From Candidatus Nanoarchaeia archaeon (GTDB taxonomy: Archaea; Nanobdellota; Nanobdellia; SCGC-AAA011-G17; JAUYJU01): DNA of 64,000 nt. Below the pieces are notes generated by a model that saw only the letters and a program-made list of their open reading frames with translations, was not told the DNA's origin and made no database searches. Within the stretch, counting starts at the first letter, position 1. The number at the start of each line of letters is the position of its first letter. The position numbers and the translations under genes are program-made. Below, piece after piece: positions 1-9,041 of the stretch. The DNA lies in NCBI GenBank assembly GCA_030700155.1, contig JAUYJU010000016.1:1188-65187 (forward strand), read 5' to 3'.

Positions 1-372
1 ATGAACATGTGTATCTACAGGAATTGCATCTTTTTTAAAAGAGTATACTAAAACACAATTAGCAACTTTTCTTCCAACCCCTGGAAGTTTAATTAGTTCT
101 TCTAAAGTATCTGGAACTTTTCCTTTGAACTCTTTAATTAAGAGTTTAGAAGCATTTATTATATTTTTAGATTTATTATTATAAAAACCAATTTTTCTTA
201 TTATATTTATTACATCAGATTTTTTAGCATTCGCTAACTTCTGTGGAGTTGGGTATTTTTTTAATAGATTTTTTGAGATTATTTCTGTTACTTCGTCTTT
301 AGCTCTTGCAGACAAAATTGTTGAAATTAAAACTTTAAATGGCTTATATTTTTTTGATAAGCGGCTTAGCAT
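1..372 (-). CDS. nth: Endonuclease III (HhH-GPD base-excision glycosylase), N-terminal part; 3' end lies off the window. Start may be an upstream GTG near 447
   Basis: Manual minus-strand translation gives MLSRLSKKYKPFKVLISTILSARAKDEVT...LPGVGRKVANCVLVYSFKKDAIPVDTHVH, the canonical Nth HhH-GPD signature. In-frame upstream extension (..IDQTLRILLKEQGTST) continues to a TGA. Confidence 0.6.
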   Translation of the reverse strand, partial: MLSRLSKKYKPFKVLISTILSARAKDEVTEIISKNLLKKYPTPQKLANAKKSDVINIIRKIGFYNNKSKNIINASKLLIKEFKGKVPDTLEELIKLPGVGRKVANCVLVYSFKKDAIPVDTHVH

Positions 373-437
373 TGTGCTTGTGCCTTGTTCTTTTAGCAGA
401 ATTCTTAATGTCTGATCTATCTTTTTATGAGATGGTT

Positions 438-1043
438 TCACTTGAATATCTCTCCAGTCTCTTCGCTCCAGAATAATAAATCTAATTCGTCAATTGGAAT
501 TTTAATTTTTTTAGAGTAATCTAAGAATTTATTTTCAATTTCATAATATCTCTTAGGAGTTAGAGTTTTAGGAAGTTCTTCTATCACTTTTAGTTTTAGT
601 AAATTTTTCATGATATGCCTATCTAATATAGCTAAATTCTTATAACCTATATTCCTAAGTGCGTGAGAAGCCTCCTTTAAACCATAACCCTTAACGTTTT
701 TTACAAGGTACTCGCGCAATTCAAATGGATTTTTTATTGTTTTAATTGCATCCGAGTGTTTTTGATAATTTTTCTTAAATTCTTTCATATATTCCCCTTT
801 ATTTTTATGGAAACGAACGCCTGCTTTAACTAAATGTGTAGATGGTTCCAATTTGTTATTTTTAAAATCTGCTCCTATCAGAGACTTAATTGCAGAATCT
901 GATTTCTTAGCTGATGATTGAGGCGTACATATACAGAAACATAACTCATAAAAAATATCTGATTTTCCTGCTTTTTCAAAATCTTTTAATCTGGCCTTGA
1001 TAGCAGACTTACGCTTAGAATATTCCCCATGAAGATCTTGCAT
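438..1043 (-). CDS. ogg: Archaeal Ogg2-type N-glycosylase/DNA lyase (8-oxoguanine)
   Basis: 201 aa with ELCFCICT, GYGLKEASHALRNIGY, ILDRHI and ELPKTLTPKRYYEIE motifs, collinear with archaeal Ogg2 (HhH-GPD). Confidence 0.65.
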   Translation of the reverse strand: MQDLHGEYSKRKSAIKARLKDFEKAGKSDIFYELCFCICTPQSSAKKSDSAIKSLIGADFKNNKLEPSTHLVKAGVRFHKNKGEYMKEFKKNYQKHSDAIKTIKNPFELREYLVKNVKGYGLKEASHALRNIGYKNLAILDRHIMKNLLKLKVIEELPKTLTPKRYYEIENKFLDYSKKIKIPIDELDLLFWSEETGEIFK

Positions 1044-1114
1044 AGTTTTTTATTGATATTTTGACTTTTATAGATATCGGAATGTTTAAAAGGGCTTTTT
1101 CCTAAGATGGAATT

Positions 1115-1501
1115 ATGGAATTAGAAAGATTAATGGATTATGAAAAGACTATGGAAGTTGAGAACTTCAGAAGGGAAATTAAAACGAAGCTGAAATCTGT
1201 TAGAGAAAAACTAAACTATAGTTATACTGAGCTTGGACGTTACTTGGGTAAAATTTGGGATTCTGACCCTGTTTATGCGGCTCATTGGATAAATGATTTA
1301 GACCATGGGAATTTAATTAGCAGACTTAATAAAGGAAAGAAAACTGATATTGAGATTAATAAAAGAAAAATGGCTGATTATCTTTCTGCTATTGGGGCTT
1401 CAAAAATTTTTATAGAAGAAATATCAATAGATATTGCAAAGTTATACCCCGGATTTGAATTACCAAAATCAGAAATAAAAGCTTATGAGAAGAATAAATA
1501 A
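1115..1501 (+). CDS. Hypothetical protein, possible HTH region (YTELGRYLG)
   Basis: 128-aa ORF, no recognisable family. Confidence 0.35.
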   Translation: MELERLMDYEKTMEVENFRREIKTKLKSVREKLNYSYTELGRYLGKIWDSDPVYAAHWINDLDHGNLISRLNKGKKTDIEINKRKMADYLSAIGASKIFIEEISIDIAKLYPGFELPKSEIKAYEKNK

Positions 1502-1532
1502 GTTTTTAAATTCTTAAATACTATAAAAAAGT

Positions 1533-1721
1533 ATGAATAAACTAGTTTGGTTTATAATCATCTTTATAGTTGTGATGACTGTTGTAGCTTATGCAGTCAA
1601 TATAGACAGAAGTGATTTTTCTGTTAAAAATTCTGCTGCTATAGTCGATAGTGCTCCTGGAGAAGATTTCAATAAAGAGATAGAAGAATACATAAACGAC
1701 CAAATAGGAAGCTTTTCGTAA
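1533..1721 (+). CDS. Small membrane protein (one TM helix)
   Basis: 62 aa with hydrophobic stretch LVWFIIIFIVVMTVVAYAV. Confidence 0.3.
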   Translation: MNKLVWFIIIFIVVMTVVAYAVNIDRSDFSVKNSAAIVDSAPGEDFNKEIEEYINDQIGSFS

Positions 1722-1757
1722 GGCTTTTAAAGGGTGTTTTCTTGTGGAGTTTTATGG
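1702..1757 (+). repeat. 56-bp exact direct repeat, copy 1 (previous stop + TATA-like TTTTAAAG + ATGTGGAGTTTTATGG)
   Basis: aaataggaagcttttcgtaaggcttttaaagggtgttttcttgtggagttttatgg occurs again at 2017..2072. Confidence 0.85.
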
Positions 1758-2017
1758 AACTACAACACAGAATATTTTGGAGAAAGAAGGTGTCTGATGA
1801 AGAGTATCTTAAATTTGATTATTTTATCAAAAATAGTTGTGGTTACAGTTCTGAGAAGGGTTTAACAGGTCATAGGTATAATACCTGTTTAATAAATTAT
1901 AGTACTAAAGATGATCAGTTAACTTTAGAAATCAAAAGTCCTATTGAGACCTCTCCGAAAGATACTTTAGAAATTATTCTTAATGCTATGAAAAATGGAA
2001 AGTCCTTGTTAAGTTAA
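1742..2017 (+). CDS. Hypothetical small protein beginning MWSFM
   Basis: 91-aa ORF; its start lies inside direct-repeat copy 1. Confidence 0.35.
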   Translation: MWSFMELQHRIFWRKKVSDEEYLKFDYFIKNSCGYSSEKGLTGHRYNTCLINYSTKDDQLTLEIKSPIETSPKDTLEIILNAMKNGKSLLS

Positions 2018-2072
2018 ATAGGAAGCTTTTCGTAAGGCTTTTAAAGGGTGTTTTCTTGTGGAGTTTTATGGG
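2017..2072 (+). repeat. 56-bp exact direct repeat, copy 2
   Basis: Identical to 1702..1757. Confidence 0.85.
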
Positions 2073-2286
2073 ACAGAAATATAACTTATTTGGAAAGAAG
2101 ATAGCCCCATTACAGTACTCTGCAATAGTTGAGTATCTTGAGTTAAATGGTAACCTGGGGTATATTGTGAAATCACTAAAAAACGAGCCTAAAACTATTT
2201 ATTCAGAGCCTGGATTCGCCGGTCTAAATCCATTAACAACTATTAATTTACCTAATTTAAGGGAAACATTGGGAGGATATTTATAA
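2056..2286 (+). CDS. Hypothetical small protein beginning MWSFM
   Basis: 76-aa ORF; start inside direct-repeat copy 2. Shares first five codons with 1742..2017, then diverges. Confidence 0.35.
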   Translation: MWSFMGQKYNLFGKKIAPLQYSAIVEYLELNGNLGYIVKSLKNEPKTIYSEPGFAGLNPLTTINLPNLRETLGGYL

Positions 2287-2291
2287 AACCA

Positions 2292-3257
2292 ATGGAAAAC
2301 AACTCTTTCAAAAGAGATAAAAAAAGCTCAAGTATTAATCTAAATAATCTAGATTCTATTAAAGGTTTTGAAGTTAAAGGAGATATAAATCTAAAAGACT
2401 TGCCGGAATTATACTCAAGGATTGGATTTCAAGCTTCTAATGTTGGAAAGGCGCATAAAATTTTAAAAAAGATAAAAGAAGAGAAAATTGATTTATTTTT
2501 GGCTTGCACTTCTAATATGGTCAGTTCTGGTTTAAGAGAGATAATTGCACAATTAGTCAAAAATAAAGTTGTTAAAGCAATAATTACAAGCACTGGTGCG
2601 ATTGAGGAAGACATAATGAAATGCAAAGATAAATTCTTAGTTGGAGATTTTAACGTTGATGATTCTGAAGTTAAAGAAAATAAGATTAACAGAATAGGGA
2701 ATATTTTTGTGAAAGACGAAAGTTATTGTGACCTAGAAGAATGGCATAATAAATTTTTAGAGGAAGCCATTAAAGAAAAAAATATATGGACTCCTAGCGA
2801 ATATATTAAGAAGATGGGATTAAAATTAGATGATAAGCATTCAATATTATACTGGGCTGCTAAAAATAATATTCCAATTTTCTGTCCTGGTTTTGTTGAT
2901 GGGGCTTTAGGAGATCATTTTTATTTCTTTAATAAGAAAAACAAAAATAAAATTGTAATTGATCAAGCTGGAGATTTGGAGAATTTTTATGATATAATTA
3001 TTAAAGCTGATAAAACAGCTGGACTTATTTTAGGCGGTGGAATTGCTAAACATCATCTAATTGGAGCTGCTATCTTAAGGAACGGTTTAGATTATGCAGT
3101 TTATGTGCAAACTGGTACTGAAGGAGATGGTTCTTTATCGGGTGCTAAACCTAAAGAAGCTGTTTCATGGAATAAACTAAAAGAAGAGAAAAATTCTGTT
3201 TTAATAGAAGCTGATGCGACTTTAGTTTTTCCTTTGATTGCTGGTGCGCTTATCTAA
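2292..3257 (+). CDS. dys: Deoxyhypusine synthase
   Basis: 321 aa; LILGGGIAKHH motif and NAD-binding pattern typical of DHS. Confidence 0.75.
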   Translation: MENNSFKRDKKSSSINLNNLDSIKGFEVKGDINLKDLPELYSRIGFQASNVGKAHKILKKIKEEKIDLFLACTSNMVSSGLREIIAQLVKNKVVKAIITSTGAIEEDIMKCKDKFLVGDFNVDDSEVKENKINRIGNIFVKDESYCDLEEWHNKFLEEAIKEKNIWTPSEYIKKMGLKLDDKHSILYWAAKNNIPIFCPGFVDGALGDHFYFFNKKNKNKIVIDQAGDLENFYDIIIKADKTAGLILGGGIAKHHLIGAAILRNGLDYAVYVQTGTEGDGSLSGAKPKEAVSWNKLKEEKNSVLIEADATLVFPLIAGALI

Positions 3258-4103
3258 GTGCAATTCCACTATATCATCATCTGCTAAACTATGATCCATA
3301 CCTACTTTTTGTCCTTTAAATTTTGCTGAGTTTCCAAATATTCTTGCCCAAGTGCCACCTGAACCGTGTCTTCCTATTTTAGCTAGAAAATCTTTATGAA
3401 TTCTTTCTGCTACATCACGAACTGTTGAATTTTTATCCATAGCCATCGGCGGATAATCTGGTTTTTTTCCTGGTTGTTTTGTGTAGACCTTGATTATGTC
3501 TAATTTTTCCCAAATTATATCTCCGATGTTTTTTTGATTATTAAAAATTAAGAAAGGTAAATTTATTTCATATAACTCTTTATCTAACATTTTCTTTTCT
3601 TCTGGAGAATTAAAAAATAGAACAATCAAATCTGCATGTTTTATTATTGATAAAAAAGTTGGTCCCATCTCTGTTTTTTCAAAATTTTTTGTTATTGCTG
3701 GGACTTCTATCATCTGGATTTTAACTCCTTTGTAATCAAAAGTTCCTATTTCTGGTTTTTTAGTGGTAAATGGATATTCTGCCACTGCAATTTTAGTATT
3801 TGTCATTTGATTTAGGAAAGTTGACTTTCCAGTATTAGTTGTTCCAACTAAAACTACTTGTGCTGCTCCTTCTCTTTTAATTGATAGAGTAAAACCTCCT
3901 TTTTTAGAAGTTCTTTCTTTCTCCATTAATTTTTTAATTTTAGAAATTTTTGATTTAATCTCTGATAATAATCCTTCAGAACCCTTATGTTTAGGTGCTT
4001 CTTTAAGCATTTCTTGCAAGGCTTTAAGTTTTTCTTCATTAGTTCTAGCTAAGGCATGTTTCTGTTCTGCTGCATAATATAATCCAGATGCATTAATCGG
4101 CAT
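3222..4103 (-). CDS. Obg/DRG-family GTP-binding protein with C-terminal TGS domain
   Basis: G1 VLVGTTNTGKSTFLN, YPFTT switch, C-terminal TGS-like DDDIVELHL. Confidence 0.7.
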   Translation of the reverse strand: MPINASGLYYAAEQKHALARTNEEKLKALQEMLKEAPKHKGSEGLLSEIKSKISKIKKLMEKERTSKKGGFTLSIKREGAAQVVLVGTTNTGKSTFLNQMTNTKIAVAEYPFTTKKPEIGTFDYKGVKIQMIEVPAITKNFEKTEMGPTFLSIIKHADLIVLFFNSPEEKKMLDKELYEINLPFLIFNNQKNIGDIIWEKLDIIKVYTKQPGKKPDYPPMAMDKNSTVRDVAERIHKDFLAKIGRHGSGGTWARIFGNSAKFKGQKVGMDHSLADDDIVELHLDKRTSNQRKN

Positions 4104-4157
4104 AACTTAATACTCAAGAACTAAACTTAAAAATCTTTTGTTATTCGTATCTATTGG

Positions 4158-4700
4158 TTAATCCATAAGGTTTCCTATACTCAAATAAGGTGCTAATTTC
4201 CCATTAACAAATGGGAATTGAAGCTGACCTTGTTGAAGATGATTATAAGCATAGTAGCTAGCTAAGTCATAAACTTCAATTTCTAAACCAAATGATTTTA
4301 TTGTGTGCCTTAGCAGATTGGGTTGTGCTCTGAATCTTCTAGCTGCCCACTCAACTAGGGCATTATTTTCTTTTGCAATTCTGTCTCCAAAGCAATCTTT
4401 TGAAACCTTAACCCCATATAACGCATGAAGCACCTCATGGAATACGGTTTTATCTCTTTCATAACCCTTTAGGGATTCTCTTAAAATAATTACCCTACCT
4501 CCTAAAAGGTGTCCGTAACTTTCCAATTTCATACTCTCCAATCTCAATCCGTTTCTTATCAATTCATCAATAGATTGATTTGTTAACGGTTTTTTAGAAA
4601 TTAAACTAAACAATAATGGATTAACTTTGTTAGCGTGATTAAGAACATAGTTATCTAATTTTTCCCAATTATATCCACATGGCCAATCTTCCATCATCAA
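4158..4700 (-). CDS. Putative Zn-dependent peptidase (HExxH; ImmA/IrrE or DUF955-like)
   Basis: HEVLHALYG motif; 4-nt overlap with upstream peroxiredoxin gene. Confidence 0.35.
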   Translation of the reverse strand: MMMEDWPCGYNWEKLDNYVLNHANKVNPLLFSLISKKPLTNQSIDELIRNGLRLESMKLESYGHLLGGRVIILRESLKGYERDKTVFHEVLHALYGVKVSKDCFGDRIAKENNALVEWAARRFRAQPNLLRHTIKSFGLEIEVYDLASYYAYNHLQQGQLQFPFVNGKLAPYLSIGNLMD

Positions 4701-5221
4701 GCTTTGCCTAGTGTTTTAACACCCGGTTTCCACTCTATTGGACAAAGTTCTCCAGTTTGTAATGCTTTTAGAACTCTTAGTGTTTCGTCTACTGAACGAC
4801 CCACACCTAAATCTGAAATTACAATGTATCTTAAGATTCCTTGAGGATCAATAATAAAAGTTCCCCTATATGCAATTCCCTGATCTTCCTTAAGAACCCC
4901 AAATAATTTTGAAACATTATGAGTTGTATCTGCAATTACTGGAAATTTAACTTCTTTTAAATCTCTTTCAAACCAAGCCTTGTGAGAATGCTCAGAATCT
5001 GTTGAAGCTCCAACTACTTGAGCATTCAAAGCTTTGAATTCTTCCTCTTTTTGTCCGAAGCCTCTAATTTCCGTAGGACAAATAAATGTGAAATCTAAAG
5101 GGTAAAAGAATAAGACTACCCACTTTCCTTTGTAGGTTGAGAGTTTAAACTTTTCAAAATTTCCTGCATGATAAGACTCTGATGTAAAATCTGGAACTTG
5201 TTGGCCGATTTTTATTGTCAT
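4697..5221 (-). CDS. Peroxiredoxin (AhpC/TSA family)
   Basis: FYPLDFTFICPTEI peroxidatic-Cys motif, 174 aa. Confidence 0.8.
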   Translation of the reverse strand: MTIKIGQQVPDFTSESYHAGNFEKFKLSTYKGKWVVLFFYPLDFTFICPTEIRGFGQKEEEFKALNAQVVGASTDSEHSHKAWFERDLKEVKFPVIADTTHNVSKLFGVLKEDQGIAYRGTFIIDPQGILRYIVISDLGVGRSVDETLRVLKALQTGELCPIEWKPGVKTLGKA

Positions 5222-5311
5222 AAATAACTTTGAAGTTCGATTGTTATTAAAGATTTCTATGCTTGAATATATGGTAAGTTATTTAAATGGTCAATTTATG
5301 ATCTAGCTTAT

Positions 5312-5395
5312 GCGGGGATGCCGGAGCGGTCAAACGGGATGGACTCAAAATCCATTGGCTTAGTGCCTACGCAGGTTCGAACCCTGTTCCCCGCA
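5312..5395 (+). tRNA. tRNA-Leu(CAA)
   Basis: Acceptor gcgggga/tccccgc, anticodon stem atgga/tccat with loop ctCAAaa, long variable arm, T-loop ggttcgaaccc. Confidence 0.7.
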
Positions 5396-5445
5396 CTTTT
5401 TTAGAATTCTAACTAATACTTCCTTAATAATTAAAATAAAAGAAA

Positions 5446-5673
5446 TTAACCACCGGTGATTAATCTTGAGAAGATATCATGGTAGTCAATCCAAACTAAT
5501 AAGTAAATGAATACTGCCATTGACATTGTTGTAATAGCAACTTGGATTTGTTTCCATCTAATTAACTTGTTAAGACTTTTAATTTGCAATTGTTGCAAAT
5601 GAACCATCTTTTCTAAGTCATATAAAGAATAACCATACATCTTATTTCCACTATTATCTGTAATTGGTTTCAT
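5446..5673 (-). CDS. Hypothetical small membrane protein
   Basis: 75-aa ORF with hydrophobic C-terminal segment. Confidence 0.25.
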   Translation of the reverse strand: MKPITDNSGNKMYGYSLYDLEKMVHLQQLQIKSLNKLIRWKQIQVAITTMSMAVFIYLLVWIDYHDIFSRLITGG

Positions 5674-5777
5674 GGTGTTTCTTTACCCCCGTAATATTGT
5701 GTAGGTTATAATATACATTTATAAACTTTTGTGAAATACAATATATAGGAGTTTTAATAGTAATATAAATAGTAAAA

Positions 5778-6485
5778 ATGATAAAAAAAGTATTAATTAC
5801 GCCTGATGGAAGCAAACTTTACTGGAGTAAAGGGGACTTGCATACTAATTATGGCGTTGTGAAAGAAAATGACATTAAAAACGGATTAGTTAAATCTCAT
5901 TCTGGAAAAGAATTTTTAGTTTATGATGCACAATTTGTTGATAGATTAAACAAAATAAAAAGAGGACCTGCAGTAATATCGAACAAAGATGTTGGAATAA
6001 TCTTAACAAATACTGGAATTAATCCAAAGTCAAAAATTTTAGAAGCAGGTGCAGGTTCTGGAAGATTAACTGCATTTTTAGCAAATATTTCTTCTAATGT
6101 AACCTCTTATGAAAGGAAAGAAGAATTCTATAAGATTGCTGAAACTAATTTGAAAGAATTAGGATTAAAAGCCAAATTAAGATTAAAAGATATTTACGAA
6201 GGCATAACTGAGAAAAATTTAGATGTAATCATATTAGATTTACCTGAACCTTGGCAAGTTCTTAATTATGCGGTTAAAGCTTTAAAATGTGGTGGATTTT
6301 TAGTTGCTTATTTACCTCATATGACTCAAGTTATTGAATTCACAAAAGCTTTGAGTTCTCCTTTTGTTTTGGATAAAGTAGAAGAAGTTCTTGAAAGAGA
6401 ATGGATTTTAGAAGATAGAAAAGCAAGACCTGAAAATCAAATGTTGGGTCATACTGCATTCTTAGTTTTTGTTAGAAAGATTTGA
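5778..6485 (+). CDS. trmI: tRNA (adenine57/58-N1)-methyltransferase, TrmI/Gcd14 family
   Basis: SAM-binding ILEAGAGSGRLT; 235 aa fits archaeal TrmI. Confidence 0.65.
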   Translation: MIKKVLITPDGSKLYWSKGDLHTNYGVVKENDIKNGLVKSHSGKEFLVYDAQFVDRLNKIKRGPAVISNKDVGIILTNTGINPKSKILEAGAGSGRLTAFLANISSNVTSYERKEEFYKIAETNLKELGLKAKLRLKDIYEGITEKNLDVIILDLPEPWQVLNYAVKALKCGGFLVAYLPHMTQVIEFTKALSSPFVLDKVEEVLEREWILEDRKARPENQMLGHTAFLVFVRKI

Positions 6486-6789
6486 TAGGGTATTTGAATT
6501 CTGGATAAGATGTCCTTATATCCCCTATTAATGGGTCTGTTCTTTTAACTCCAAGTAAATTAAGATAAACTGCCATTCTTTTTAGATTGTGTTCACTCAC
6601 TTTTGGTTTAGTTTCATAAGAGGATGTACTTGTAATCTGGCCTGTTTCAAGATCTGAAATAAATTTGTTTGCTGTACTTTCATTAATACCTATTAATTTA
6701 CTGAATTTCTTTGCGATAGGAGTTCTTAATCTTTCGCCCCTTCTTAAAAGGATTTCAGAAGTTATTTTATCTTCAAGACCTTGGTGCAT
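6472..6789 (-). CDS. Hypothetical protein, possible winged-helix DNA-binding
   Basis: 105-aa ORF; no clear family. Confidence 0.3.
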   Translation of the reverse strand: MHQGLEDKITSEILLRRGERLRTPIAKKFSKLIGINESTANKFISDLETGQITSTSSYETKPKVSEHNLKRMAVYLNLLGVKRTDPLIGDIRTSYPEFKYPIKSF

Positions 6790-6855
6790 ACCTATTATTT
6801 AGAATAGCCCTTATAAATCAATTTTGAAAATCTTTTATATATTTTGAGAAATATA

Positions 6856-6939
6856 CGCCGAGGATGGGATTTGAACCCACAAGCCCTTTTGGGGCATAGC
6901 TTAGCAGGCTATTGCCCTACCAGGTTAGGCGACCTCGGC
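6856..6939 (-). tRNA. tRNA-Ser(GCU)
   Basis: Minus-strand read: acceptor gccgagg/cctcggc, anticodon stem atagc/gctat with loop ctGCTaa, long variable arm, T-loop ggttcaaatcc. Confidence 0.65.
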
Positions 6940-7010
6940 ATGACATATCTACATAGAACTTGTTTTAAAAAGGTTTCTAAAGAAAAAAAGAAAAAAGAAG
7001 AATAAAAATT

Positions 7011-7111
7011 TATTCTTCATCTTTAAAAGATTCGGAAGTTTCTTCAGCTGTTTGAAGTCCTTCAGCTTCTTCTATCTTATCTTGAACAACATTCTTTTTC
7101 TTTGCTGCCAT
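7011..7111 (-). CDS. Possible 33-aa micro-ORF (MAAKKKNVVQDKIEEAEGLQTAEETSESFKDEE)
   Basis: Manual translation; below ORF-track cutoff. Lys-rich N-terminus, acidic C-terminus. Speculative. Confidence 0.15.
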
Positions 7112-7295
7112 ACTATTCCCTCCACCCACCGCAGTTATACCGCATAATCAGGGCCAAACGGCCAAGAATAGGTCGGAACTGATAGAAGTTGTATTTAAGC
7201 TTATGTAATCAATTCCACAAGGCTCAGCGAATGATTTAATGATATTATTTTTTAGCCCAAACCTTTAAAAAGACACTAAAATTCACTTATTTCAT

Positions 7296-7370
7296 AGCGG
7301 GGTAGATCAGCACGGAGTGATCGCCGGGCTCATAACCCGGAGGTCGGTGGTTCAAATCCACTCCCCGCTA
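7296..7370 (+). tRNA. tRNA-Met(CAU), initiator-like
   Basis: A1:U72 acceptor ends, three consecutive G-C pairs in anticodon stem (ccggg CTCATAA cccgg), T-loop ggttcaaatcc. Confidence 0.7.
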
Positions 7371-7376
7371 TATTTT

Positions 7377-8558
7377 TTAGAAATTAATTATCTCAGCTTC
7401 TTTCACAACTTTATCTACTAATTTTGTGATATCAGATTCTTGTTTTTTAACGTTTTCTAACTTAGATCTTGTTTCTGGATGTTCTGCTATAAACATTGAG
7501 CAACAGTCTGAATAAGGCAATATTGAAGTTTCATAAGTACCTATCTTTTCGGATAGTTCTATAATCTCTTCTTTATCTGAACCTATCAAAGGACTTAATA
7601 CTGGATAGTTAGCAGCTTCCTGGATAACTTGAATATTCTCTAAAGTTTGTGAAGCTACCTGTGCTAAAGAATCTCCAGTAACAAAAGCTTTTGCGTTTTC
7701 TTTAATCAAGATTTTTTCTGCAATCTTGAACATAGCACGCCTGTAAACTATCATCCTACATCTTGGGTCTATTGTTTTAACTAATTCTTTTTGTATATCT
7801 CCAAATGGAATTAAATATAATTTAGTTTTTGGCTGAAATTGAGAAAGTATTTCAATTAATCTTTTAACTTTATCTTTTACAATGGCTTTTGCTGTTGTCA
7901 AATTATGGAAGTGAACAAATATAACTTCACATCCACGTTTCATTATCTGAAAAGAAGCTACTGGTGAATCTATGCCTCCTGAAATTAAAGAAATAACTTT
8001 TCCTGTTACTCCAACTGGAAGACCACCAAGACCATCAAACTTTTTATTGTAAATAAAAGCTCCTTTTTCTGTGATTTCAATAAAAATAGTAAAATCACTT
8101 TTTTCAAAATTTACTTCTAAATTTGTTTTTTCTTCTATGAATTTTCCAACTTCCCTGTTTATATCTGGAGATTGTAACGGGAAAGATTTGTTTGATCTTC
8201 TTGATTTAACATGGAAAGTTTTAGCATCTTTTTCAATAAATTCTAGGGATTTTTGTTTTATTTTTTCTATATCTAAATCCACTATTGAAGCTGGAGAAAA
8301 ATGAACTATTCCAAGAACCTTCTTTAATTTTTCTGATAATTTTTCAAAATCTGATTTTTCATTTAGTTTTATTATTACTCTGCCATATAATTTTTTAACT
8401 GAATTGTATTCAAGACCTTTTAGGGCGTGGATTATATTATCCATTAGTTGTTTCTCAAAAAAAGGCTTATTTTTGCCTTTTAGTGCTATTTCTCCATACT
8501 TTACAATTATGTGGTCCATAGGATAAGAGTAGAAACTGGCTTTAAAAGCCTTTTGCAA
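7377..8558 (-). CDS. thiI: tRNA 4-thiouridine synthase ThiI (THUMP + PP-loop)
   Basis: PP-loop LISGGIDSPVA, 393 aa. Confidence 0.8.
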   Translation of the reverse strand: MQKAFKASFYSYPMDHIIVKYGEIALKGKNKPFFEKQLMDNIIHALKGLEYNSVKKLYGRVIIKLNEKSDFEKLSEKLKKVLGIVHFSPASIVDLDIEKIKQKSLEFIEKDAKTFHVKSRRSNKSFPLQSPDINREVGKFIEEKTNLEVNFEKSDFTIFIEITEKGAFIYNKKFDGLGGLPVGVTGKVISLISGGIDSPVASFQIMKRGCEVIFVHFHNLTTAKAIVKDKVKRLIEILSQFQPKTKLYLIPFGDIQKELVKTIDPRCRMIVYRRAMFKIAEKILIKENAKAFVTGDSLAQVASQTLENIQVIQEAANYPVLSPLIGSDKEEIIELSEKIGTYETSILPYSDCCSMFIAEHPETRSKLENVKKQESDITKLVDKVVKEAEIINF

Positions 8559-8591
8559 AGCTTTAAATAATATAAAGCCGTAAGGTGAAAT

Positions 8592-9041
8592 ATGACCTTA
8601 AAATTTAAAGATGTACCTAAGATGCTGCCTTTGAATGAAGCATTCAAGCACATGGTTCGCTATGATCCTTATAGAATGGTGTCTAATAATTTTACTAGGG
8701 GGCAATACAACCAAATAGCAAAGACCCTAAAAAGAAGAAATGAAATAAGACGCGCAACCGCAGTGCCAGTTACCTTATTAGCTAAGGGTATTGATTATAA
8801 CCTGGTTTATAATGAAATGCTTAAACGTGGAGCCTTAAGAGAATTTTTGTTCTGCGCCTCTGTTGCAAGAAGTTTAGCAAGGGAATTTCACGATGAGTTA
8901 CCTGAAGGGCTTGAAAAATTAGCACAAAGTTATGATGGAGATCCTGGAGCGATGGCAGATTTAGCTCCGTATTATAAAGAAGAATTCAAACATTTTTATG
9001 GGGTGTATCGTAGATATGGCTCTAGAACCACTAGCGCATGA
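8592..9041 (+). CDS. Hypothetical protein; possible partner or antitoxin of the downstream nucleotidyltransferase
   Basis: 149-aa ORF overlapping next gene by 44 nt. Confidence 0.3.
   Translation: MTLKFKDVPKMLPLNEAFKHMVRYDPYRMVSNNFTRGQYNQIAKTLKRRNEIRRATAVPVTLLAKGIDYNLVYNEMLKRGALREFLFCASVARSLAREFHDELPEGLEKLAQSYDGDPGAMADLAPYYKEEFKHFYGVYRRYGSRTTSA

Noticed and set aside
7118-7190. GC-rich ~70-nt segment (ccctccacccaccgcag...gggccaaacggccaagaataggtcgg) between the micro-ORF and tRNA-iMet; considered as a tRNA, C/D-box sRNA or SRP-RNA fragment
   Set aside because: I could not fold it into a tRNA cloverleaf or find C/D boxes or SRP domain-IV motifs. It may be a 5' UTR or small structured RNA. Left unassigned; check with Infernal/Rfam.
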